64,000 bases of DNA from Trichoplax adhaerens (GCF_000150275.1 NW_002060946.1:2499454-2563453), one strand, 5' to 3'; counted from the stretch's first letter, positions 24,101 to 38,045 are shown. Notes: a model not told the origin generated them from the sequence alone. Numbers and translations are program-made.

Positions 24101-27100
24101 AGGACGGGATGTTTCCGCTGTGTTGCACTCGCACAACAACAGATCATGTAACGAAAGGAAAAAACAAGACAGTCCATAAAGATTCAAAATGGCGGAAGAT
24201 GCGACGAAGGTAAGGTGTTGAATTTCCATTGGAAATATGCACAACTGATTGCCGCATTTTTATGCGAAAATAATGAAGGACTTTGCTCGTTAAGCATAGT
24301 TTAATGCCATCATGTTCAAATTCTTTTAATCTTGATAGAATCTGGGAAAATTTGCACAACCGTCTAATTTTCATTCAATCGGCTACGACGCTAAAATGGG
24401 TCGTGTGAAAAGTGATGATCCATACCTACTGTCGTCGGATACGCCGCTTCAACATGATGTAGACTTTGGCATAACACAAAGTAAGGATACATCCAATATA
24501 GCAGACTTGCTCAATAGTGGAACTAGCCGATCAGATACGACAGTATCGTTTTATGGACTAGGTAAGCTTATAGGGCTTGTATTGATAGCAGGCAAAAGTA
24601 AACGCACAGCTCTTGACGGCAGAAAAACAACATTAACTGTAGTGAAATGTATCATATGGACAACTGTGAAGTTCATTCAAACTATTGCAGCTGTTGTATA
24701 CCCCATATTTTGCATTATTCATGCTTCAAATTTATTCTATTATGATCAATGACGTTGTGATACTCTTTTGCCCAGGTCAGGATGAAATTTTATTTATTTT
24801 GACTATTTTCAAAATTGACGGATGGATTTAGCAAAAGTGCTTTTTTTTGTTGTTGTTTGCCTTGCTACTAGTTGGTACCGTGATAGCATGTTTCTACCGT
24901 GTTGGTATTGAATTGAATTTTCATCACCCATGAATGTTGTTTTGTAAGCTTGAGTAGTACTGTGGCCAGTACAGCATTTTTGATACAATCTTAGAAGATA
25001 GAATTTCATTTGCAAGTATTTGACGATAAAATGACAATGAAATGGCAGTGTAATTTTTTTCTCAATTTTTCCGTCATTGCTTATGCCATATTCTCTTTTC
25101 ATGTTGGACGTTACAGTACAGTAGCACGTACTGTACAGTACCACGTCACGTTGAAATTCAATTAACGTACTGTACAGTACACTCTCCAGTACAGTTGACT
25201 ACGGTGCATTATAAGGTTTTTTCTAGGCATATACAGTACTATACACGCTATCAGTACTGTTTCTACTGTACAGTATAGTATTCAATAAGAGGGTCGATGA
25301 ATTTGCTCTACAGTGTAAAGTACTGAACTGCTCAACAGTCACACAGTGAAATAAATCGACATCCAGCTCGTGATAGACGTTGATAGAAATCTCTATAGTC
25401 TCTGTCTATCGACTGCGATAGGGTAGTCATATACTGCAAGATCGGCTAGACTACGATCAACGCTTTTCTTTTTACCCTATCTTTTACTTACCTTTATGAA
25501 GGGCTAGCAGACAGTGATAAAAACACCGTACGCCTACTGTACTGTATGCGTATGATCTAGACGCAACAAAGCAGAGCAGCATGTGGTACGCAATCCACAT
25601 TCACTGAATGAACTTGAACGTAGCCTAGATGCATCAATTATTCCTGGGCTGCAGTATAATGCCAATCGTGCACTCATAAGTCTACACCCCTATCACTATC
25701 GTTCGATATGGTGATGCTTTAATTGTCATCATGCATCTAGGTATTCATTTTACCTTGCTACATGAATGATGCAAATTATGATCAATTTTACTCGAAATTT
25801 TCCTCTGCTGTACACTGCATACAGTATACAGTCTACAGGACAGGAGTAGTTTTTTTCCTTTCCAAAGATCCTTTTCATTCTCTCTACTCTACGGTACATA
25901 GTGTACGACTATCAAAAACACTTTTTGTCGTTGAATGGCCGATATCTATGTCTACACTGATGGTATTTTACAACTGCTCTTGTTAACGTTAAAAACAATT
26001 CTAAGTCGATGTGGGCGACTTTAGCTTACTATATTTATTTTAGCCTAAAGAATCGAAAAGCCGTTACGTGAAAGTCAACCTTCAACATGGTACAAGTCCA
26101 AAGAAAATTTCACTCTTAACTTAACACAAGTACGTTGTTGTTTACCGTTGGTCATAGTCCGGTCGTCTAGGCGGCTGTCGACACTGCCGTTGATGTGCCG
26201 CCGATACATTGATATGAACAAGTATCGCTATCAAAATGCCCAACATTGATTTAGTCCAGTCCATACCTTTCGATAGACTTTGGAGGAGTATACGGTGTAT
26301 GCAGCCCGTACTGCTTTATGCTTAACCGACAGTAAAGCACAGGACTGTCTACCATCACACCTCCTTCTTTGATTTACTACTTCAGTAATAGACTAGGAAT
26401 ACATCTTGCGTAGGGGCGGATAAGAAGAACTCCGAGATCTTGTAGGCGGATAGGTTAAAAGTAAAAGTACCATCAATAGCTGGCATCAGACCATTAATGC
26501 ATACAGTAGTCGTACCAGTTATAAATGATTAATACCTACCAATATGTAATATTAGTTGAATGTCAACACACCGTGCAGTAACTTAATTGCATTTAGGATC
26601 TTGTTTATTGATGGATTATACCCACTGATGACAATCGTACTTGACCAATGCTATCTTGGGCTATGTTTACACGCATGTTAGAGAGACTCTAAGAGTAATC
26701 AAGACATGATTGATCAGGCTAACTGCCACCAAGTTGTTTGTTTGTTTAATAACTTATGTTTTATGCGTCATCTTGGTATGTGAAATGCCATAATCTTTGC
26801 CCAAATTTAACCAATTAACTGCATCAGTACTTGCAATTATGGTAGACTTGATATCTTCTTGAGGCATACCTGACCAACAGAAGAGTAGAACAACAACAAA
26901 GTAGTCATTATGTTACAGTGGATACGATATAATAAATATCACACACCTTGTACTGGTTCATTTTGAACTTTCATCCATTATCTTCCTAGTGTCATTATCA
27001 AATTAATTAGAAGAAAAAAAGTGCAACTCAAAAAATGGATTGTGATCAAATTTGATCGTAATTATGTTATCAATGTTGCTAATTACTCTGTATCATCATC

Positions 27101-27101
27101 A

Positions 27102-28953
27102 ATGACAACAGGCGATATCGGAAGTGATATGAAATCTAAAAAGTCCAGAATCATTCCACCTGCTCTGGACATCTGTTCTCATTATTCCACTGGTATCAAC
27201 AATCCTTTACCAAGTCCTAATAATCTAAGTTGGCTAACCGATTTGGCAATCATCGCTACTAGTCCGCAAAGCCCGTTGATGCAAGCTACCTACCAAAATG
27301 CTGCCAAAAATCGAGGTGCTTACCTATTTTAATTAATCAACAACCGATTCCTTTATCTTCGATCGGAATTTGTTGTCAGTTACAAGTAAATCATAACTAG
27401 TGCAGTGATGATAGCGGACTGTAGAGTGGGATTATTCAATCATTATCGACTGTAATTGACACATACAATGGATATCACTATTTTTTTAAAAAGCTTACTA
27501 TTATTTGTAGATCAAATAAATACCCTTGAAGATCAATTAAAAAGGAGAGGTAATAGTGATTATAATCTATTAGGGAGTGGTCAAATTATTCGAAAAGAAG
27601 CAATGGAATCAAAGGGAGAATTTGGTGGCGATCATGCTTCCATTACTCCGTCTTGGTTGTGCTTCATGAAGGGCACTAAAATTAAATTTTCAGCATCTAA
27701 TCAACAAGTATCATGGATCGCTGCTGAAGAATTAGGTAAAAACGATAAGCTAGTGAGGCAATTGGGCCAGATAGAGGGGCCTACAACTTATGCACCGTTC
27801 GGGTTGAAGCTTATGGAAGTAAAGGAGATTAAAGGCAATTCAGATAAACGAAAAAGAAAAAATTTATTAATTATGCGATTCTCATCAACTGTCAATGGTC
27901 AGCCGCGAATAGCTGCTAGATGCCTAGCAGACCATCCTTTTTATGTAAAAGAAAAAGGCTGGTCATCATTTTGTCCGGAATTAACCAATTCACAATATGG
28001 AATTAATAGCAAATTCTTGAAAATCAATGATGTTTGTATACCGCCTCCATCAAATGCTGAAGCTTTCAAGTTCGATAAGTGCGTATATACATTTAACCAC
28101 CTTTGTACATTTATTTAATTTAAATATGTAGCATAATTCACGATGCTTTAATCAAATGTTAGCTTTCTTGTTGAATGATATCCTTTATATACTTACTTTT
28201 CTTGTAGATTAAATTTAACGGCAATGGACTCTTCTGCTGCTTTAACGTTAAGTCGGATGGGGATGGCGAAAGTACGGAACTTATACGCTATAGCTAATGT
28301 TTATTTTTTTATTTGTGTGTGTATGTGCTTTATATTTTGATGGTATGAAACAGCTACGCATGCAATTCGTATTATTTGTTATCGAATATTAATAATAGTC
28401 ATGTTATACCTATGCTTTACCAGAAATATAAATCGGATGAGTCGCCTATGGGTTCTCCTTCCAAGAAAAGCAATGGAAGCGATAACGGTAGCAATAGCTC
28501 TAACCAGCAAAGTCGGATGCAATCAGATCGTGCAAAACGACCTATGAACGCATTCATGCTATTCGCCAAAAAGTATCGAGTAGAAATTACTCAAGCACAT
28601 CCTGGCAAGGATAATAGGTATCAATTTTTAGCATTATCATATTTTATTGCCTAATGGACGTTGCGCTGCAGGCAGATTAAATATTAATCGATTACCGTTT
28701 TTTCAGGGCCATAAGCGTTATTTTAGGTGATAAATGGAAATCAATGGAGACGACAGAAAGACAGCAATACGCCGAAAAGGCAAGAATTCTAGCTGAAGAA
28801 CACAAGAAAAATTTTCCTGATTGTTGGAAGCGTAAAAAGACATTAAAGGTGACTATTTCGTATCTATTTTGCTCTGTTTTAATAAGTTTACGCACTTTAT
28901 ATTAAATTTATCAAAATTTTGGATTAAATGACTAATAGAAAAAGGTTAGCTAG
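27102..28953 (+). CDS. HBP1: HMG-box transcription factor HBP1 (AXH + HMG box); exons 27102-27315, 27511-28078, 28208-28271, 28424-28617, 28707-28848, 28939-28953; probable upstream exon ending at 24209
   Basis: HBP1-type motif WLTDLAIIATSPQSPLMQ; AXH domain (WLCFMKGTKIKF...DHPFYVKEKGWSSF.P..T...YG); MDSSA; HMG box KRPMNAFMLFAKKYRVEITQAHPGKDNRAISVILGDKW...PDCWKRK. Exact start and last micro-exon are less certain. Confidence 0.92.
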
Positions 28954-31358
28954 AAATCTCGAAAGATTAACTACCGTTAGTCAGCGCGGCCAGCACCGAT
29001 TTTATATTTATTCTTAAAGCCTTGCAAACTAAGACTGCTTCACAAACAATGCAGCGGCATTCGTCTGGCGTTATAGGCTATTATTGGCGTGTATTATAAA
29101 TGTAAATTGTTTTAAACTCGATCTTACGAAAAGTTTATTTACGGTTTTGCATATTTTAAAGAAGTTACTGTCTTTGCAACATAATACATCGTATGCTGTT
29201 GGGTGTCTTACAGAGATTAGACATTGGCGGGCGTCAATCGATCGAGCTAAATTTAATTCATACAGTATTTAAGGTGAATAAGGGTATTAGTTGTATGAAA
29301 ATAACTTGATAGAAAGACGTTTCCAAGGCATTATGGTATTTGTTGAAATGCCTAATATTGAACCTAGGCTACCTTGTAAATGTACTAAATTATATTAGGC
29401 AGAGTTTTATCGTCGATACATTCGTGATAAACAAGGAAAAGCAATAAGGTGGAGTAGTGTTCAAATAATTTTAAAATAAGATTAATGTAATTTAGATACT
29501 TGACGCGTAATTCTACTGTATAGCCCTTCTGTTAGAGTATGTTATTGTAAACTACGCTAGATGAAGTAATTACGATGGCCTATTGGCCAGATGTACAGAT
29601 GACTTTTGCCCTTAGAAATCGTAATGACTGTACTTGTATATCTAATTGCTTATTTTATGTTTTATTCTCAGGGAACAAATCTAATGTTGTTCCCTTCCTA
29701 AATTTTGGCTGTAGTTTAATTGTTATTTCTTATTTGAAAAGTAAAATAGATTTGTGTCAGGATTGCCATGTGCATTAAATTACTTGTCACACTCTGTACC
29801 TAAGATTTTAAAAATCAAACAAAGCTTTAGCTCACAAATTTTGGTGTAGATGCCAGGTAGTGTTGAGACGATATTAATGTTTCATGTATACGTTTACATT
29901 GTGTTAAGAAATTTTAAAATATAGCAAATAAACCTGTAGATTAAGTCAATAATAATTATTTCAGTACTATGGCACTATCGTAGTAGAGTCAGCAAATTTT
30001 GATGTTGTTTTGGCTAATCAACTACTTTACGGAAGATTTTCTTTTATCATCTTGGAATTACCTAGATTTCCTTGACTGAACATAAGCAAAAATATCCTAA
30101 AATGGTACTATGCTGGATTATTTTTTATATAAATAAAATAAATAATTAATATGTGAGAACTTGATAATCATAAGATTTGGTGTCTTCTTGTGGTAATAAT
30201 TAAGTAAGAAACAGTAGATCTTATATGCAATATAGCACTGTGGATAGCAACATGTGCATAAAGTAAGGCAATAATGATTTTAGATCGGTTAAATGTTAGA
30301 TTTAGCATTTGAGTATGAGTAAGATAACACCGTACTCAGTTCTAATTATAAATTGCGTTTCTACAGTAGAAGTAGTAATTACTTGTCAATATAACTCCAA
30401 TAAGTTGTACTTCTTCAACTGTTAATCAGCAGTAATTAAAGCTGCGAAAGTTTTGAGGACTACATAATATAAGGTTATTGATATATACGTGATTACTTGA
30501 GAGATTATAATGGGGGAGTAAAGAAGTCGTTCTATGAGCATGATATTGCCTATACTGCGCATACAAGTTGAGCAAATAATAATAATATTCATTCTTACTA
30601 TTTTACGGTTACCAATATATATATGCATTTATGCTTACCATGGATAGTAAGTACGTAAGTAATGCTAAAGAGTAATGAGTGTTAAATCTCCATCTACATA
30701 TAGCAGTTTACCATAAAGCTTGTAGACACTAATATTTAAAATTGAAAATATGGAATTAAGTGAGGCATAAATCTAATTATCCTACATGCAACGCTGCAAT
30801 TTCAGCCATCAAAAACTATATAATTCGTAATTTACTATAATTTAAAATGTCCTTGATTCATTTACATAATTTAATGTAAAATCGTTGAAAATTATAGTAA
30901 AGCAACAGGGTTAATACATATTTATTACAATATCAATGATGGAGATTTTAGAATCTGTTAAGCGAAATTCATCAATATTTTCCTTTCTACACCCAAAAAT
31001 GAAATAAAACATGATTCAATCTATGTAATGATAATGTCTTAGAAAGTGTTTGAAGTAACAAGTTAGAAATAATTTAATTCAATATTCATCCCACAGATAA
31101 ATTCACAATTTATTCTTTTAGATATCTAGGCAAAAGTTATCAAGTCGCCATTTAAAAATTTACTATAAAAAACAGAGCATCAAATCATATATGCAAAGAG
31201 AACGTATGTTTAATTATTTAACAACAATATCAATGAAATTATTTGTGTTGTACAAGTCGCTCCTTTAATAAAGCATATGCAACTTGATTGCAGTAATTTG
31301 GCTTTAACTATAATACAGTCCTTACTTTGCTAGTTTTGAAATGGAAATAGATCATAGA

Positions 31359-32237
31359 CTATACTCGACTCTCGATATGCCGTACACCTTGATGTGGTAT
31401 CGTAGCTGACTTATCAGGGGATGCATGTCTTTCGATGAAGTAATAATGCAATAATTCGTCACTATTTAATGCGGTTATAATGATATTTTTCATAAACAAT
31501 ACTGAAATATCTTTGTGATACCTACGCCATAAGATTATTCTTAAAATCAAGAAAGGTATATTGAGCACAATCAAGCTACATATTTTGTAAATAATCTTAA
31601 ATGTTACTTGATTAGAACGGCGTGACATATGTAAATCGTATAATGCAATGGCTGGCAAAAGGAAGTTAATACTCGACAAGATAAGTAATATGACCTTAAT
31701 AGATAATGAAACAGTAAATTCTTCATCATCAACAAATAAATTCTCCAATATTTCCACGCCATCGAATAGATCTAAAGTTACTTCGTTGGCTAGATATCCC
31801 ACATAATAATTGCGAAATTGCGATTCATTTCGATTATGATGAGCATAGACAAAGACTACGAATAAAAACGGGGTACAACTTAGAGCTAGTTTAAGCATTC
31901 TTGGGCCAAAATAGAATTTCCTCTCTAATAAATCAGTTACGTTCACAAACAGCAATATTACTTGGGGTATTAAATTCAAGCAATAGATCAACCAGGTAAT
32001 ATAACAGAGTGACATTGTATCACGAAGGTTGTTAGAATCAGTTTTGGTTGCAAATTTAATAGGTCTAAAAGTGACGATAGACCAATAGATTAATACGATA
32101 GCTCCAGGTATATACCATAATAGCCATGTTGAATTAATATACAAGCTGAAAAAAACGCCAATTAATCCTAACTGGCATGATAGAAAGACAATACTGAGTA
32201 AGAAAGAAATCCATTCCAATACCAGTTGATACTTCAT
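31359..32237 (-). CDS. TMEM121/CECR6-family multipass membrane protein, copy 1 (292 aa, intronless CDS)
   Basis: Multiple hydrophobic helices; family-like motifs WLIY, LDLFD..E.LE.LF, LP..AL.D, LNIPFL..R, ISVLFMKNII (compare recalled TMEM121 LDLLD and SAIFVGKNVV). Confidence 0.8.
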   Translation of the reverse strand: MKYQLVLEWISFLLSIVFLSCQLGLIGVFFSLYINSTWLLWYIPGAIVLIYWSIVTFRPIKFATKTDSNNLRDTMSLCYITWLIYCLNLIPQVILLFVNVTDLLERKFYFGPRMLKLALSCTPFLFVVFVYAHHNRNESQFRNYYVGYLANEVTLDLFDGVEILENLFVDDEEFTVSLSIKVILLILSSINFLLPAIALYDLHMSRRSNQVTFKIIYKICSLIVLNIPFLILRIILWRRYHKDISVLFMKNIIITALNSDELLHYYFIERHASPDKSATIPHQGVRHIESRV

Positions 32238-34227
32238 AGCGATGATGGAAGGCTAGAGTAATTTGCGAGTAACAATCTTCGAGGGTCTCTACTACACACC
32301 AGATATCCAATGATAGACTTATTCACTGTATAAACAATGAATTAATGTTGGCAATGGACTTTACTAGACAATTGATGAAAACAGTAGGAAATATGATTAA
32401 GGAGTACTGAATGTCATGCAAGTAAAGAGTAAAAGGAATACCAATTTTGGCCAATCTTTCGCTTAAGAAGGCGGTTGTTAGTAACTCATTGGACTACCTC
32501 CACACCTCGCCATCTTGAACTCTCAATATCGTCCGAGATTTGATACTGTTTACTGTATGAGTCGGCACCTTTAATTCAGTACTGTACAGTACAGTACGTC
32601 GTAGAGTAAAGTACTGTAAATTACTGTCTATATACTGTATACAACAACCCCATCATCAATACAGTCCAGTACAGTACAGTACAGTATGCTATAGTACGCC
32701 TTAAAGTGCAAGTGGCCCGCCCTGCCTTGCAATAATCATAAACTACCTGATACAGGGACTTCTCCAAGAAAGCTATGGGGGTTAGTTTCTTTCTTTCTTG
32801 GAGGACAGTAGTCCCTGCTTTCTTACAGACTGTATGATAATGATTATGTCAATGAAAATGGCTGTGGTAGGCGATGAAGAGGCTGCGCTATTGACTACGT
32901 TAGATATTGCAATCACAGAGATAAAGTAGGGAAAGGTCGATTTTACCTCCATGATCGGAATGATGAAAGCTGCGATAGCCCTTACCGAACTATCCTATTT
33001 TGGTGTTGTAATGGTGTATATGAAATGCAGTTTGTCATGATTATAACATGATGACTCTATGAATGGCAACGATAGATATACGTTACTATTCATCCTATTA
33101 ATTATACATGAATTATTTAAAATGAAAGGATACTAGACGATCTAAAGGAATTGAGAATGAACCAAATCATCGTGCAGTTGTATGCGTAATTTCAAAATCA
33201 TGCTAGAAAATGGGACTGTAATACCAAAGTAAAAGTGATTTAATTAATACGCTTTATACCAGCAATCTTTAGTTCTAACCGGTAACTTCTATACTCTGCT
33301 ACAAGCTGCAGTATTTAAATGAATTATAATATCGATCAAAACTGTACATCAAAGTAAATACATTTATACGCGTATAACACTGTATTCGGACATACAAATC
33401 ACAATACCAGTTTGCCTTTATACGGAGCCTAAAGCATAAACATAGTATGAAAAACGACAGACTATAACTCAAATCATCCGAACAGGAAAGATCTTATTTA
33501 TTTTCTATCATTTCCAATGACAACAATAACAATCTCAGATAAAGAATAAGAGCTTTAATGTTATTCTGAAAATCCTTGTAGTTAACTCAAGCTGACATTA
33601 TCATCATCATCTATTTCGCTGTACAATTCTTGATGAATATTATCAACATTAACTGTTAAATGGATAAAAATAGATTTCTGTATCGCAATAATACTATATA
33701 CTACAGAAATCTTACATAAATGTTAGTGCAGCCCCGAATTAGGTTAGGATTATAGGATTGTACGACAACGGATAAATTGAACGTTCGATTGCAAGATTGT
33801 GCGTCTGTTAGAAAATGATGATTACAGCATGTATTGTAGCAATTCTATTGAAATATTTATATTAAGGTTCCGAGATACACAGTGTAAATAGATTGTGCTA
33901 AGTAAGTGATTACTGTTAGACTTGTATTGTGACGCTTCTATTAGAAGCATGAATGATGAATAGTCGCACAATGGTAAATTTAAAACTAACCTTGCAACTT
34001 AATTGGCAAGATAAAATTGTGTTACAAAAGAATCATTGAGTAACTAATTGTATATTAATCTATTAAATGATGCATTTTATTGTAATAATTTAAATAGTCT
34101 AGCTACAATCATATAAATCTTAAGCTAATTTGCGGCTGCACTACAATAACGTAACAATAAACAGTTTGTTTCTTGTCAGTAATTAATATTGTTACGATTG
34201 GTAAAAAGAGCAAGAAAGCTAATCATT

Positions 34228-34347
34228 TCATCTGTCTAGAGATATCTGGTCTAGTTTTGAGAAGAATTTTCTGCATGATTGCAATAATTAGTGAAAGTAC
34301 TTAATTATCTGACTCGTATGAATTAGATCCAATTATCTAGTGTCTCT
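34228..34347 (-). pseudogene. Duplicated, decayed copy of the COG5 terminal exon
   Basis: Aligns by eye to 43428-43590, including acceptor TTTTAG|AGAGACACT and the TCTCTAGACAGATGA end; reads RETLDNWI* (premature stop) and has an internal deletion. Confidence 0.8.
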
Positions 34348-34888
34348 CTAAAATTGCCAGACAGGGGAGTAATTCCAGCATTTAGATCTATTATTAAAAT
34401 ACTTCACTTATCAATGATTCAGTCTATGTAATGATTATGTATTGGAAACTGTTTTGAAATAACAAGTTAGAAAAAATTTAATTCAATGTTCCTTTTATAG
34501 ATAAATTTACAATTTATTATTATATATATCTAACCAAAAATCATCCAGTAAGTATTTAAAACCTTATTGTAGAGAAAACTAATAAAGAGCATCAAATTAT
34601 ATCATCTACAAAGAGTACACATGTTTATATAACAATATTAATGAAATTATTGGTGTTTTTAACCGATAAATAAATTATATTGGCTGTCGAATATTCTTAG
34701 GTCTGAGCTTGTATAACTTTGAGCTTTACTTTAAGTTACTTTAGAGACGCATGTAATACAAGATTAATTAGGATCAGAACACGATCTGACCTATGAGCTC
34801 GCTTATAAATTAGGTAGATATCGAAATCCTAATGATAAACTATCTACTGTATAACAATCAATGTCATAAATTTATACTTTACTATGAT

Positions 34889-35543
34889 CTAACATGGCGA
34901 CGTACGAATATTTTGATATCGTCCATAAGCTGTTGTATAAGAGTATGCAAGCGTTTGTCTTTCGAAGCAATATCGCAACAATTTATCACTATATAACGCG
35001 GTTAAAATGATATTTTTCATAAACAATACAGAAATATCTTTTCGATAACTACGCCATAAGATTATTATTTTTATACACAAGTAAGGTATATTTAGTATAA
35101 ATAAACTACTCAATTTATAGATAATGAATATTGCTAGATAAGAACTGGGTGGCTTACGTGTATGTTCGCATAAATCACATAATGCCAATGTGGGCAAAAG
35201 GAAGTTGACACTACAAAAGAGCAATATTAGTACCTTAATGATTAAAGAAATAGTAAATCTTTCACCATCAATAAATAAATTCTCCAACATTTCTACAGCA
35301 TCGAATAGATCTAAGCTTACCTCATAAACCAGATAAGCCACGCAATAATTCTCAGATTGCGATTTATCTCTATCATAATAGACATAGACAAAGACTACAA
35401 ATAAAGCTGGAGTAATGCTTAACACTACTTTAAGCATTCTTGGGTCCCAAAAGGATTTCTAATCCAATCGATCAGTTACGCGAATAAAAGTGCTAGTACT
35501 TTGAGCTATTAAGTAAAAACTATAGATAGACCAAATAACATAG
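34889..35543 (-). pseudogene. TMEM121-family copy 2, 5'-truncated pseudogene
   Basis: 182-aa C-terminal ORF; in-frame TAG at 35459-35461 where copy 3 has GAG; indels upstream; homology stops at ~35543 and joins upstream-flank sequence. Confidence 0.85.
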
Positions 35544-36009
35544 ACTTTCATGAAGATTGTGTGAGACTAGCTATGCAAATTGTAGTATCAAGACTGAAGA
35601 GGCTACTCTATTAACAACATTGACAATTGTACACAATCTAAAGGAATGCACTAGAACGAAATCATCATACAGTTTTATACGTAGTTTTAAAAGTTATCCT
35701 ATAAAACTTAATGTAATAGGAAATATAAGCGATTTAATACACTTCATATGAGCACTCTTTAGTTCTTACTGGTAACTTCTATATTCAGCTACAAGCTGCA
35801 GTATCCAAATTAATTATATAATATCGACCAAAACTGAATATAAAAGAATAAAGGAACCAATACATTCATATAATATTCGGACATACGAATTAGAATACTA
35901 TAATATGGAGCCTAAAGTAAGTATACATTCAACTAATTCTGAAATTGACAGGCTACAACTTAAACCATCCGAACAGAAAAGATCTCACCTATTCGCAATG
36001 AATAAAAAA

Positions 36010-36539
36010 TTGAAGAGCTTTAATGTTATTATTAAGATCTTTGTAGTCGTCTCAAGCTAATATTATTGTTATAATCTATTTCACTGTACAATTCTTGACC
36101 AATATAATCAACTTTAACTATCAGATGAATAAAAATAGATCTATGTGTCGTAATAATACTTTATAGTACAGGAATAATGTATAACTGTACTTTAGTCATA
36201 AACTAGCTTAAGATTAAAATAATAGAATTGGACGAAAATAGATAGATTAAACGTTTGATTGTAAGATTGTCCAAGTGTCTATTCGTAGAAGATGATTACA
36301 GTACGTATTGTAGCAATTCTATTGACATGTTTGTATTAAGATTCCGAGACATACAGTACAGTAAATAAGTTATGCTAATTACGCATGTGATTATAGTGGG
36401 GTTTGTTTTATGACACTTTAATTAGAAGCGCGGACTAAGAATAAATCACTTGAAAGTAAGTTTAGAACTGATCTTGTAACTTAATTGGTGAGATACAATT
36501 ATGTTACTAAAGAAAAAATCATAGTATAACTAATTGTAT
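36010..36539. repeat. Near-identical segmental duplicate of 38819-39343
   Basis: ~530 bp identical by eye except a 5-bp TACAG indel and two substitutions. Confidence 0.9.
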
Positions 36540-36691
36540 AAATAAATGATGAGTTTTACTTTAGTACGCATAATTTAGATAGTCTAACTACAATCAGGCT
36601 AACCTTAAGCTAATTTATGATTGCACTACTACAACGTAACGTAATAAATATTGTTATGGTTACTAAAATAATGGCAAGAAAATTGGTCGTT

Positions 36692-36812
36692 TCATCTGTC
36701 TAGAGACATCTGTGATGCTAGTATACTAGTAGCAAACGGTCACACAGATGAAAACTAGATTTGAGAAGAATTTCCTACATGACTACAATAATTATAATTA
36801 GCGGAAGTACCT
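36692..36812 (-). pseudogene. Second decayed partial copy of the COG5 terminal exon
   Basis: TCATCTGTCTAGAGACATCTGTGATGC...AGAAGAAT...CATGACTACAATAATT matches 43428-43530. Confidence 0.75.
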
Positions 36813-37148
36813 TATTTGTTTATCTAAATTGATTTTAGTCTAAAGTTATAAATGTTTAATGAATAACTACACTAAGTCTATACTGTAATATCGAATAGCT
36901 TATTGTGGAGTTTATTCGTTCTCCACCTAGGTAATGGTGTCAATAAATCTTGCTTAACCTATAATCTCATTTACTGATCAGTTAAATGGTCATTCTACAA
37001 AGGCGATATTAATTCCAAGTACCTATTTACACATTCACATTATCACTACATTAGCACCTGTAATCACGTTTATTCGAAATAGTAAAATAGAATAGTTAAC
37101 AAAATTTACTCTACGCTAACATAAATACAAATAAAAATATATATTTTA

Positions 37149-38045
37149 TTACACCACATTAGAATTTGCGCCGTTATCTTTTTTGAGACAATAATGAAAT
37201 ACTTCTTTAATATGCAATACAACTGTAATTATATTTTTCATAAACAATACTGAAATATCTTTCTTATATGTATCCCATAAGATTACTCTCATAACCAAGT
37301 AAAATACATTTATAATCAAACTAAACACTTTATAAATAACCTTAAATGTTACGTAATGATTGTCTAGTCCACGTATATGTTTGCATAAATCGCATAATGC
37401 CAATGTGGGCAAAAGGAAGTTGATACAAGAAAAGATTAGTATTAGCCACTTATCGGTTACAGAAACCTTAAATCCTTCATCACCAGCAAATAAATTCTCC
37501 AACATTTCTACAGCATCGAATAGATCTAAGCCTACTTGGTAAACTAGATAAGCCACGTAATAATTATCAGATTGCAATTGATCTCTATCATGATGGGCAT
37601 AGACAAAGACTACGAATAAAGCTGGAGTAATACTTAACACTAGTTTAAGCATTCTTGGGCCTAAAAAGAATTTCTCATCCAATCGATCAGTTACGCAAAT
37701 AAAAAGTGTTAGTACTTGGATCACTAAATATAGACCATAGATCAACCAGATAATGTAACAGTGCGACAATTTATCCCATACCCTTGACATGAAACGACGA
37801 AGACTTTGCGGGCATCCGTTACAATTAAGGGCGCAGCCATGATTGACTTCGTTAGCAAAATTAACAGGCTTAAAGGTAGCGAAAGACCAATAGATGAATA
37901 TGACACCACCAGGTATGCCCCACCACAATGCCCAAAGTGGATTAACATACGTATAGAAAAAACTGCAAATTGATCCTAACTGACATAATAGAAGGATAAT
38001 GCCGACAACGAAAGAAACCCATTCCGATATGCATTGACAGTACAT
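37149..38045 (-). CDS. TMEM121/CECR6-family protein, copy 3 (298 aa)
   Basis: Intact ORF paralogous to copy 1, with a Cys-rich insertion after the second TM segment. Confidence 0.82.
   Translation of the reverse strand: MYCQCISEWVSFVVGIILLLCQLGSICSFFYTYVNPLWALWWGIPGGVIFIYWSFATFKPVNFANEVNHGCALNCNGCPQSLRRFMSRVWDKLSHCYIIWLIYGLYLVIQVLTLFICVTDRLDEKFFLGPRMLKLVLSITPALFVVFVYAHHDRDQLQSDNYYVAYLVYQVGLDLFDAVEMLENLFAGDEGFKVSVTDKWLILIFSCINFLLPTLALCDLCKHIRGLDNHYVTFKVIYKVFSLIINVFYLVMRVILWDTYKKDISVLFMKNIITVVLHIKEVFHYCLKKDNGANSNVV

Noticed and set aside
23294-24244. Cluster of 60-124-aa ORFs on both strands
   Set aside because: Artefacts of the TACAG/CTGTA low-complexity tract.
24396-24752. 118-aa ORF with a GTAAG donor as an alternative HBP1 first coding exon
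   Set aside because: The donor phase does not match the acceptor at 26989 and no HBP1-like sequence is present; not supportable without cDNA.
30060-30097. Minus-strand exon-like DIFAYVQSRKSR resembling the COG5 C-terminus, which would nest the TMEM121 array inside a COG5 intron
   Set aside because: Its phase is incompatible with the preceding donor, and a better in-phase terminal exon ([11 protein letters not shown]...) lies at 43590-43428.
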